The notes under the pieces are model-generated. The model saw only the letters and a program-made list of their open reading frames with translations. It was not told the origin of the DNA and made no database searches. A program made the translations under genes and the position numbers. A DNA stretch of 64,000 nucleotides. Source: Epiperipatus broadwayi. Lineage: Eukaryota > Animalia > Onychophora. Positions 52,671 to 64,000 of the stretch are shown here, in pieces (positions within the stretch are counted from its first letter, which is position 1; each line of letters begins with the position of its first letter). The stretch lies in NCBI GenBank assembly GCA_028023455.1, contig JAQFVV010000010.1:6014001-6078000 (forward strand), given 5' to 3'.

Positions 52671-54361
52671 CTAAAAAACAAACAAAATAATTATCATAAA
52701 TTTAAAAAAAAACAGTAAAGTAATCTGACAATTTTATAAAATGAAGGCAAATACCATTTCAAAAATATTTAATAAATCTTCTCTTCCTATCAAAAATTTT
52801 AAAAATATTTTATAATTTCTAACCCCAAACTTTCTTAATACACTTGTTCAATGTTTAGCAATTTTTTTTCCCAACTATACTTTTCAAGCTATCATTTATT
52901 TACATAACTGTGGTAATATTTCCTATTATCTACATGTATTCTTTACTCATCCATTTTTTTTAATTTACATGTTTATTTATTTACTACCTTATTACTTGTT
53001 TGACCTTCTATACATTTTTCTTTTATCCTTTTACTATTTGCCAAACATTTATCTAGAGTATCTCTGAAAACTTACTCATATATTTGTTAGACATTTCTTT
53101 TTCTGTCACTAAACTGTTTATCCACCAATCAACTCATAAATTTTTCTATGTAAAAATTATTTTCTTTAGACCTCAAATATAATTACAGGTGCAATGTTGT
53201 TTATTTCAGAACTTTTTTAATCTGGACAAAATTGTAAAGGGCTCTTTAAATTTTCATCATTGCCAGATTTTATTAATTCATCAGTTAATGTTTTTTATTT
53301 AATCACAAACACATGCGCATTTAAAAATAATAATAAATATTACACAGAAAATATATTAATATATACGCATTTTAAAATAAAATTTAAAAAAAGAAATAAC
53401 ATATACAATTGTTACGTAAGAGAATCATATTTGTATTTTCTTAGCTATTTGTGATTTCCATTGTTTCTCTAGCAAATAGCAACTGAAAAATTTAAATCCT
53501 TAATTTACAATATAAAATTTCATCTCTAAAAAATAAACGGAAAGAAAAAAACTGGTAATGGGTATTTTTTATTAAAATAAAAATGTTATAATATTGGTAT
53601 TAAAAAAATTAATATATACTAAATATATTTAATGTATTAATAGTAAAAATAGTTATTAGATAACTTTAAATTTACGAATTAAGTTTCTAGTAAGATATGG
53701 AACCTTTAAATTGCAAAAGGATGATAAAGAAAGTATAAAAAGTGCATTGTAGAGTAGTTATTCATTTTCGCTTATCAAAAAAAAGCTAAAAAAACAACAG
53801 TATCAGATTAGTAATATCACAACTGCATCTGGCATTTATTTTTATTATTTTATCTATATGACATCCTAAATATTCTACATAACTTATTAGCAAATACTAT
53901 CTTTGATATTTATATATGTGTACATCAGCTGTTAGTTTATCATTTCCTTCAGTATCTAGCTCTGGTTCCTTCCTTATCTTTATCTACTTAAGCAACTGAA
54001 TATATGTTCAGTTATATTTTAGACATATAAATGAATAAACTACAATATGATTAAAATATAAATCATTTTACTTTATTCTTCTTATTACTCAAAAGTGCAA
54101 TGAATAATTAACTTTTATGAGTTAATATATATTTATTGAATTAATTTACTTTATAGTAAATTAATAAATCTATTACTACAATAAAAAAATATTAATAATT
54201 AAATTCTTAAAGAAACAATTATTACCTACAGTTTAATGAATAAAAAAAAAAAAATTAAATATTTCTAAACTTTAAATTTAATATTTTTTAACTTTTTAAT
54301 TTTAAATGAATGATTACTTTAAAAACTGTGAAATGATAAATATTATAAAATTTATATTAAC

Positions 54362-54445
54362 CTGATTTTTACTCTGAAGTAAATACTGATTTTCATCTAA
54401 TTTCTGATCCAAATCATTAAGTAATTCACAATTTCTGGATTCTAA
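54362..54445 (-). CDS. Tango1: TANGO1/MIA3-like coding exon (LESRNCELLNDLDQKLDENQYLLQSKNQ), phase 0-0
   Basis: tttgttttag|TTAGAA acceptor and CAG|gttaat donor; 84 bp; resembles the cTAGE5 segment ..KDALNENSQLQESQKQ as I recall it. Confidence 0.82.
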
Positions 54446-54619
54446 CTAAAACAAACAAATAAATAAAATAGATTAATCTAGAAATAATCAATTGTATTTT
54501 TTGTTTTTTTTTAATTTCATTTATAAATTACAATTTGTGGTGATAAAACTCTATAAAACATATACAAAACATAAAGATTGTTCAATAAACAAATTCCTAT
54601 TTTTACATTGATTATTGAT

Positions 54620-57135
54620 AGAATGCACTGTAAACATGGTATGACTAATTTTATTTAAAACCCATCTTGTTAAGCAAACAACTTTCATTGGAGATAATTT
54701 AATAGGCATTGCCATCACAATTTAGATAAAAACAAAATGTATGTGTGCAATATTTACAAATCTCCCATACAGATTGAACCCACCTTCCTTTTCCAGATCC
54801 TCATACTTCTGGATTTACAGAAAATTTCAATTCTAAATGAAGATCAAACAAGTTGTAACTTTTAGAATAGATGGATTTCAATGACATGCATTTACTTTAT
54901 AATTCCAAGCAAGATGGCACATTCCATTTAGGCAGACAGGAAACAGAAACAATTCCTGATTTACGATTTGTTTTGATAAAAAAAAAAGCTTTATTATAAC
55001 CTGCTGAGTTACTGATATTGAATGATTTCAATCACAATCAACACTACTAAATCTAACCATTCTTTGAATCCATATTCCTACAGTTGAAATTTATACTGTT
55101 CTAAAATGGAATTTAAGAAAAGCTAACTAGTCGATATGCTGGATATCTTGAAAATAATATTAATAGAATCCAATTCCCTCTTGTTATAATTGGTTTACAA
55201 ATTTATAATAATAGTTGCCAAAGAATTCATCCCTTGTGGATATCAAAAGCAATTCATTTTAGATTGGAAAAAAATCCAGCAGTAATCTTTATAGTCAATT
55301 GTTGTCTACCAATGATCTAGAAATTGCTGATAAACTTGTAAAATAACTGAATGATGCTAGAAAATAAAATTGGGAAAGATCATGGAAAAACAAAATTTTA
55401 CAAAATCTAATAATAAAGCCTGGTCACTTACAAAAGCTTGGTAAATACAAAAATATGGTTTAAAAGAAATACTGATGTTTCTGCTAACAAAATTGTCAAT
55501 TGTATATAGTAGACTTATAAATCCAAGATTTATAGAACAAAAAAAAGACATTATTATAGCAGAAATGCAAGCTTTTCTTTCACAATGTTCCACTAACAAC
55601 AATCTGATAAAATCTGTTGGTAATGATAAATTTGCTAATTGATTATCTTAAATCAGAAAAGCCCCAAGATCAGAGATAGCATATTTCAAAAATTGCAAAA
55701 AAAATTAGGACCTTAAGACAAAGTATGATTAGCAAAATTATTCAATTACATTATTCATTCTTTATTCCAAAAATTTGGCATAAAGCAAAACTATAGCAAT
55801 CTTAATCCAAATAAGCCTAACAAAGATCAAAAAAATTTATTATCTTATTAACAAGAAATTTTGCCAAGAGTTGAAAGCCATCTATATATACATAGCAGAT
55901 TATGTTGAGATCAGGAAAGTGCTGTGAACAAGTTTATCTTTTGCAATTTATATTAAAAAAGGCTTCCAAAATAAATTAAAAACTGTTGTAACTTTTACTG
56001 ATTTAACCTCAGCTTAAGATTCTGTTTAGAAAAATGATCTAAAAACTTTTAAAATTATTAAATGCATGAAAACCACTAATTTACTCAACAAAATGTTCTC
56101 CAATAAAGAGATTCCAGTGATATTTAATGATGATTGTATTAGCTACAAAACTATACAGAAGTCTTCTACAGGATTCAGTTCTCTCAACTACTTTTAATAT
56201 ATTCATCAGTGATCTTGAAGCAGAAAACAGAAAATTCATTTACACTGTGGATCTTATTCTTAATACAATGAACTCAATATGCTCAATTTTTTATTTAAAT
56301 AACATATAATCATATATCCTTTTATAATAATAGATTAAAACAGAATCCTACTCCATGCTATTAAGAATAACTTTGGCCTAACTTATTTTTCTCATCTAGC
56401 TAAGGTTAGATGAAAATTTATTTCTAGGAATAACCTCTTTGGAAAGCTATTTGGCATGCAAATATTTTATGGATCACTTCTTTAACTTTAGCATATTCTG
56501 TTCATAAATTTTGTATCCCTGTTTGGAGAAAAAAATTCCCACATTAAATACTTCTCAGACTCTCAATTAAATATTAACATGAAAATATTTATTGCTATAC
56601 TCAAGTCTACTCATTCGCAGTGACTTCCTATTCTTTCACATATTCCTCTGTCTGATCTCAGAAAAGAAACTGCTTCATTATATATATATAAATATATAAA
56701 GCTGTTAAGAAGAGCAGACTTATAAATAATTTAAGGTATAGTTTCATCATCTAAAATTTGTCTTAAATCAAGATCAGCTTTTTGAATGTTCAATTAAGAA
56801 TCTAAAGTTGAAGAATTATGGCCTAAGAATTGGAATTATTATGATATTTTAGACAAATTTCTTTTTCCAGATCCAACAATAATGCTAGATGAATTTGATC
56901 TCCCTAACTGCAATTGGAGTCTTATTAACTGTTTCAGAACAACCCGTGGTTGTTGCATTCATCTGCTTCAAAAGCGCAAGTTAATTATCATTATCCTAAG
57001 TAAATATGCACAAACCTAAATTATAAACAATTGTTAGTTATTTCTGAATCTATAGTTACAGTGGGCAGAAACGAATAATAAAGCCATTTGTGAATCTATC
57101 TCTTGGTTGGAATTCCTACAGGTTTAGTTAAGCTA
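54620..57135 (+). mobile_element. Vingi/Ingi-like LINE (APE-RT-CCHC-like tail), near full length, degraded
   Basis: NIYKSP, DGTFH..ETIPDL, SGKCCEQVL-like, FTDLTSA, QDSVLS, FNIFISDL, YSVHKFCIPVW..SH, LSHIP, NWSLINCFRT..ESISWL. Confidence 0.85.
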
Positions 57136-57979
57136 TCAAAAAAATTCCAAACACTAAATAAATAAGAAAAGTGTAAATGGTATGATAAACACTAAATAAA
57201 TAAATAAATGAGTTAACAAAATAGATTATTAATTTTATGTAGGACTATTTCCATCATCAAAATGATTACTGCCTTCTCCAGTTTGATTCCCATGCTAGTA
57301 CCACCCCCGAAAAAAAAAGAAGAAAAATATCACAGAAACATTATCTTCTACACTAACCTGTCTGTTAATAACAAAAGCAAACACTCCATACAGTAGTGCC
57401 ACCAAGTGCAAGCCTTTATAATCAATGGATGCAGGAAGGTTTGTGCATAAAATCCCATCTACTGCTTACTCATCCAAAATCCTCATACTAGTTTCTAGCT
57501 TGTGATTTTCACCAGTGAGAAGCCTTAGATTTTAGAGCACTGCATCTAGATTTTAATATCTAATGCAACTCTCCAGCAGCCACCTTTTACCTATTTAGTT
57601 AACTATAAAGCGAGGAGCTCAAGATGAAAACACAATAATGTTTTCAATCCAAGCTCACTTGCTTGTATAGTCATATAGATCTGAACTCAGTTCAGCATCT
57701 ATACATTTTGGTATCTGATTTTTCAAAAATCCCAGTCACTATTATTCTATAGACAGGATAGGTATAAAACCATCAAAACAACATATGATCTCTATTTCAT
57801 ATGCTTACACAGACTGTTAATAAGAATAGCAAACTCTCCATACAGCAGTGCCACTAAGTGCAATGGATGCAGAAAACTGTAAAAATGTGGCTTTAGAACA
57901 AAATGGAAAAGATAATGAAATTATATTATTAGAAATATATAAGGTGTTTAAAAAAAATGAAAAAATATAATTTTAACTA

Positions 57980-60400
57980 TTAATAAAAAAAATCCATACA
58001 GATTTCAGCCAGAAAATAGATTCATTAGTGGCTTTCTTAAGGCCTTCAATTCTTCCCTGTGTCCATAGATTTGGCAGTCATTAATTATGTGGTTAGTTTG
58101 TATTTGACCACATCTATGAAAGTAAATGGTTGTTAATTTCCCTTTGTGAAGAGGATAAATGCACTGATTATGGCTTTACTTAAATTGATGAATTTCTTTG
58201 GAATCTTATAAGAAGTTCATTTTTTATGTCATAATTCTTTTGTTGCTAAAAAAAAATTATTGGATAAACATCCAGAAAGAGGATCTTGATTTTAGATGAA
58301 TCTTAGATAGCAAAACAATATCTTGAATTGTTGGAAAATCTGATCTATTTAATCGTTTTTTAAATTTTCTGTGAGACACCTTTTTTGATATTTGGTGGAG
58401 AAATATGTAAAAAAAAAAAAAACCAAGTCACTGAAGGGACTAGCTCATCAGTAATATTTCTTATGATAATAAATAATCGAGTACCTAGATGATCAGTATG
58501 GGCACTTGTTATCCAAACAGGGACACAGTATTTTCTAAATAAGCTGTCAATAAAATACTTGGATCATAATCTCAAATAATCCCATTCAGATTTATCACTA
58601 GAAATTATTTTTGATCTAAACTTAGATAAATGATGTTTCAGTCTATTACTGCAAAAATTATATTGAAATTATGATTTTGGTTTTCTATTATTTAGATTTT
58701 TAAAAAATCAAAAGCAAACTATATTATTTTAGGAATAAGATCCCAAACTATGGAAAGAATCTCTTGCATTCTGCATCTGGAAGATCACTAATGAATATAG
58801 TAAATAAAGAAGTTTAAAAAACGGAATCCTATGAAGGGCTGTTCTGTAAAAATTTGTATCTATTATGATTATCAATTTAGTATCCTTTGAATTTTTTTAT
58901 TGGAGACCATTTTGTCAAGTAAATTTATAATTTTATTAAAGATAAAGCTTGTTCAAAGCAACTTTTTTCTTGGTCTAACCTAGCCTTCCCTATAAGTAGA
59001 TCACTCTCAACTATTGGAAAAATTCTTATTAACATTACTCTTTCAAATAACTTCTAGGGAAATAATTTTTTTGATCACTGCTAAATTTGTTTCATTTTAA
59101 GATTGCTATATTTTTGCTATTTTATCAAATTTTGCAATTAGTTTCTATATTTTAGTGTTGCACATAAGTTTTATTAGCTGTGCTTTAGCTCTACATCCCA
59201 ATTTTTTTAGAAATTCCAAAGTATATTATATGCCCCTTGGGCTTTCCTGGTTTAAGACGATCAAAAGAAAGTCCAAGTTCATTTATATTTATTAGTTTTA
59301 TTACATTGATATTAAAGAAACCTAGCAAAAGAGAAGACTGCAGTTTTGCTCTAATGGTGTTTTTTTCTCATTCTATTAATCTTGGGTTTAGAAGTCTGAG
59401 ATATTCCATTGGCAACATCAAACAATAACAGTAATAGTTCTTTTAGAGGTATTTTAATTGTCACCAAATTTATATAAATGTAACCAGATCTTATTAGATT
59501 TTGTAAGTTTTGCTTCTCCATTTTTTATCTAACATCATCCAGTTTCTCAACAATTTTCAATCTTGGGTAGACAAATATTGACTTGTATCTGCTTTTGTTC
59601 CAATCTGGATTGAATTGCTTTCAATATCCTTGAGTGACAGACTAATTGGTGGGATTTTATTAATATCCTCTTCAAGATTTCCAGCATATAAACTTCAGTT
59701 AGCTTTCCTTAAATTCCATTTCAAGCAAAATAATTTCAAACTATAGAATGTAAATTCCAAGTGATTAAACTTGTTTTATGATGTCTATGGTATAATGGTG
59801 AACCTTTTTTTTTTTATCAAAATAAACATAAATTAGGAATTGCATTTGTTTAACCTATGCCTGAATGGAATTTGCCTTTTTATTTGTCATCATTTTATAT
59901 CTATCCATTCTGAAAACTGACAATGATCCTCATTGAACATCCCCACACACTGCTATAAAAATAAAATCTTTAAGTACAGAAGATGTATAAAGATTTGAAA
60001 AAGAAGGAGAGGATCAGTTTGTATTTGGAGATTTGCAAATGTTGCATTATAAAAATTATTGGAACAGCATTTACCATATTATTTGAATTATCCATCAGCA
60101 AAAGTTGTTCACTTTATAAAATGATTTGAAACAAAAGTAATCATATCACGTTTTGATTGCATTCTATCAAAAATCAATATAAAACTGGAATATTAAAAAG
60201 ATGTACATTACTAAAAGAATGATGAGACTCCTGATATGCAATTACATCAATGCTGTACTGAACAATTAATTTGTAGACAATCTCTGTTTTTGACTTCTTA
60301 GGTGAAGATAGGGTTCTATGAAAAGATTATATCTAGATGATAGGATATTCCCTGAATGCCAACACCATATGATCATTTTTCATTTCATAAGCCTAGAACT
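57980..60400 (-). mobile_element. Second Vingi/Ingi-like LINE, convergent with the first
   Basis: Minus strand: IDVIAYQESH, GDVQ, LFTIFISDLPDAECK, CGQIQTNHIINDCQIYGHREELKAL..ESIFWL. Confidence 0.8.
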
Positions 60401-61125
60401 CTTCCTCATTAACACTGCCAAAATATTATAGACAAATATGTAGACATAAAATAATTATAAAGAACATATTGCAAGAGACTATGAAGAATGAGAGGAAAAA
60501 AGTAGAAAAAAAAATAGAAAGACAGTAGATACAAGTTTTTAAAAAAGATGGAGAAAGTGCTAGCAGTATATGAAAAAAGGAATTTGCGATATGAGGAAGA
60601 TCTGACCTTTTGGCATATGACTGATAATGAAAATTTCACTTCTGACATTTGCAATAGAAATTATTAGAAATAACATTAAACAAAAAGTGTTAAAATGATT
60701 TAAAAATACAATAACACAATTCTTTTATATAAAATGAATGCACATTAATCATCAACAAAGCTTATTAAGATTTTCAAATCTCAATGTGTCAAGAGCCTGA
60801 ATTGGCATCATGAGACTACTTACGATCGGAATCACATGTCTACTGTTTTTATTATAATTAAGATTCTATGCACACAATATATTTAAAAAATAAATAAAGT
60901 TACTCAATCATATTTAAAATATGCTGTTATTAGTTTAACAAAAAACTAAATTTATCTGAAATTGCACTTTGAATAATTCTGAAAAAAAAAAAAAACTATT
61001 GATGATAAAACAATTCTAATAGCATATCTGAATTTAATGTGAAATATATATAAGTAAAAAATTACTTTATACATAGAAAAATTGTTTACCATATAAGTGA
61101 AATTCAATCTATTTACTACAAATAC

Positions 61126-61197
61126 CTCATTTGATTTCTTTTCCAGGGACATCACAATTGATTCAGAATCCTGTAATTTCCTCTGCAATGTAGAACT
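61126..61197 (-). CDS. Tango1: TANGO1/MIA3-like coding exon (SSTLQRKLQDSESIVMSLEKKSNE), phase 0-0
   Basis: tttcag|AGTTCT acceptor and GAG|gtattt donor; 72 bp; overlaps ORF-track 60952..61188. Confidence 0.8.
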
Positions 61198-61787
61198 CTG
61201 AAATTAAACAGAAACAATCATTTCCTTACTAAACATACAAATTTATAAATATATGTTTATAATGTGACATGATATTGATAAATGATACACACTGTAGTAT
61301 TATGTTACAAAGTATTTATTGAGAAATTTGTAAAAGATGTTTTGTTATTAATTTTGAAAATTTTATAATATATGCTTATATATGTGGTCATGTGTCCATC
61401 TACAAATTTTAATAATATTAAAAGTACAAAAAAATAAATACGAAAAAAGTGACACAATAAAAATAAATGATTACATTAGAAAAGATAATACTTCATAAGT
61501 CTTAAATTTAAACCTTTAACTAAAAACAATTTAATTTTTTAAAAAAAAAAATTGATAAACATTTAAAGAAACTAATATTTTGAGTCTATTTTGTTAATTA
61601 TTATTCTAATTTATTTCAGATTTAAAGCTATAAAACTGAAATAATTATTCTAAAGTTTATGTATAATATCTTAACTGCAATCATCCATTAGATTTAAATT
61701 TATTTGTTTATATGTTTGACACTCAATAACAAATGGCAAATATTTAAAATAAAAATGGATAGAAAAGACAGGTGAATTATAACTTAC

Positions 61788-61898
61788 CACTTCATCTTTA
61801 TCAGCCATATTAAAACTCAATTCATTCAAGCTATTTTTCTGGCATTCTAACTGAGTCTGAAGACTATTAGCAGTTTCTTCTAAATACTTATTTTCTGT
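61788..61898 (-). CDS. Tango1: TANGO1/MIA3-like coding exon (TENKYLEETANSLQTQLECQKNSLNELSFNMADKDEV), phase 0-0
   Basis: Poly-T/AG acceptor (tttttttttttag|ACAGAA) and GTG|gtaagt donor; 111 bp open frame with coiled-coil composition; splices in frame to the next exon. Confidence 0.8.
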
Positions 61899-62497
61899 CT
61901 AAAAAAAAAAATTGTTTATATAAACACATATATACAAAGATATATTTATATTAGACAGCTGTTTGGTTACGATGAATGACATATTTTATTAAAATCTTCT
62001 AATCCTTGTTTGCACTGCTTTATCCTTATTTAAAGATAGTAAAAATTTTCAAAAAAATTACTTCTATGCACTTGGATTAAATGCTTTTTATACTCTTTGT
62101 TTTTATTTTGTTTCATTAACAGTTTTGACAGATCTACAACCTTCATCAGAGCTAAAAAATAATTTTAATATAAATATTAACATTAACCTTTACATACATT
62201 ACCTGATTTTAAAATATTATCATAAATCATAAATAAGTTTAACCATTTTAAAAATTAAAAAAATAATTACATATACATATATAGATAAAAACAAAAACGT
62301 TTTTTATTTTAATTTGTTAGTAAAATAAGATAAAATCAAAGATTACAAAAAGCATTGCATCTAAATGCAAAGAAATGGTTTTATGAATTTTTTAAATATT
62401 TTTAAATAAATGACATGTGATTAGATTGTTGAAACAATATTAAATTACAAAAATATTATATTAAAATTTGCACACAAAAAAATTAATTATAGAAATA

Positions 62498-62580
62498 TTA
62501 AAAGTTAATTCATAAAAATATAATTATCAAATACACTTTTAGTTATAATTCATAAAAATATAATTATCAAATACACTTTT
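62498..62580. repeat. Short tandem duplication (~40 bp x2)
   Basis: aattcataaaaatataattatcaaatacactttt occurs twice. Confidence 0.85.
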
Positions 62581-62836
62581 TGTTAGTCTGATAATGAATG
62601 GAAGGTTAAATCTCAGCATAGTAGGAAATAATTAAGTAATAAAAATAAAGCTAAAACTTGTGGGGAAATAATTGATTATTACAAGCATTAATTCATCTAC
62701 ATAATAAATTAAAATTTACATTGACAGCAAGCAGAAATTGATTGTTTCAAACAACTTCTAGAATCTTAAATGCATTGCATTTCTTATTGTCAAATATAAA
62801 TTTACATCTTACTGTCCAAAATATGTATTTATATAT

Positions 62837-63337
62837 ATGAATTCATAGTATTATTTCTGAAAGCTTCCTTGTAGTAAAAATATAATACTTAAATAACTGA
62901 TGTTCAGTACAATAACAAATAATTTCCTCAGAGCTTCTTCTTTCTCAAATCATAAGAATGTGATTTGAGAAAGAAGAGCTCTGGGGAAAGTACATATTAT
63001 TGTATTGAAAGTCAGCTATTTAAATATTATATTTTTATTATGGGGAAGTCTGGAAATAATACTATGAATTCATCATTTATCCACGAGAATATTAGAATTA
63101 ATATATATATATATATTCATAGTATTATTTTCAAGAGTTTCCATGTAATAAAAATATATAATAGATAAATAGCTGATGTTTCAGTATAATAACAAGTACT
63201 TTCCTCAGACCTTTCTCAAATCATAAGAACATCAGTTATTTAGCTATTATATATTTTTATTACAAGGGAGCTCCCGGAAAAATAATACTATGAATTCATT
63301 TATCCATGAGAATATTAGAATTAATATATATATATAT
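62837..63337. mobile_element. Two tandem fold-back palindromes, probably Penelope pLTR-derived
   Basis: Unit 1 (62837-63073) has ~115-bp inverted arms around the loop taagaatg; unit 2 is 63115-63299. Both are followed by atttatccaYgagaatattagaattaa(ta)n, and the arms carry a gaaagtac motif as at 4026. Confidence 0.65.
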
Positions 63338-64000
63338 GTTCTAACTTGATGTGGTTCCAAGAGTAAGAGAGAGCATAATTCAATTTAGACAGTATTAAAA
63401 TTATGTATTCTGAGATCATTAAAAATAGAACGTAGCTAAAAAACAAAAAAGGTAGTCCACTGTATCTTCACATTAACAAAAGATTCAACATAATTAGATT
63501 GAATTATTATATAAAAAAAAAATGCTTCTATGAAATTAAATAAGATGAGAACAAATTTTAAATTTGACTGATGATATATTATCAAGCTTTGAAAGCAACT
63601 TAAAAATCATTCTCAAAATAAGATATAGCAAAATCGATTTATGAAAGATCTAGATTTAAACAAAAAATATATTATTTGGGCAGTTAAAATAAATAATTTA
63701 AAAATTGTAATCCTTTAATAATAATTTAAAACATTTTTCTCTATAGAATATATATTTTTCTATAATTCCTATTAATCAGATGAAGACAAGTAAGATAAGG
63801 CTAAAATGTTGATGTCATGATAGCATGGAACAATATATTAGTACAATTCATTAGTATGGCTAATAAAAATTTGGCAATTTCTAATAACTGAACAAAATAA
63901 CAACTTCTTTAAATTTTCTCAATTACTAGATTTCATTATTATTCTTTTTGCATGAATTAGAATTAACTTAAGTAAAAAAAAAAATTTTAATATTGAATAC

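Noticed and set aside
62100-62152. ctctgatgaagg..tcaaaactg on the minus strand, either a hammerhead relic or an upstream TANGO1 exon
   Set aside because: The core is incomplete (GAAA missing) and the exon reading lacks convincing donor or homology support.

Overview
Very AT-rich eukaryotic genomic DNA, probably an arthropod (inference from the TE families and the host protein). It is not a prokaryotic locus, and I found no CRISPR, rRNA or tRNA genes. The window lies inside one minus-strand gene. Nine short GT-AG exons (32-139 bp), mostly missed by the ORF track, splice in frame into the coiled-coil cytoplasmic region of a TANGO1/MIA3/cTAGE5-family ER-export protein. The introns are packed with transposon relics: (1) three Penelope-like (RT + GIY-YIG) elements, two with inverted pseudo-LTRs, plus several short fold-back palindromes that appear pLTR-derived and carry hammerhead-ribozyme motifs; (2) one near-intact minimal type-I hammerhead in the sense orientation of the host pre-mRNA (26369-26412); (3) two Merlin-like GG..CC elements with 8-bp TSDs, one with ~650-bp TIRs and one with a telomere-like array; (4) a full-length Buster/SPIN-like hAT, a deleted hAT and a hAT-like MITE carrying a 74-bp minisatellite; (5) two copies of a 3-4 kb solo-LTR-like repeat; (6) Vingi/Ingi, CR1, RTE, Gypsy and Tc1 relics. 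I see no wholly new protein system. The best leads are the intronic hammerhead and palindrome family and the unusual Merlin-like elements. All homology calls come from motif recognition by eye, not from database searches.
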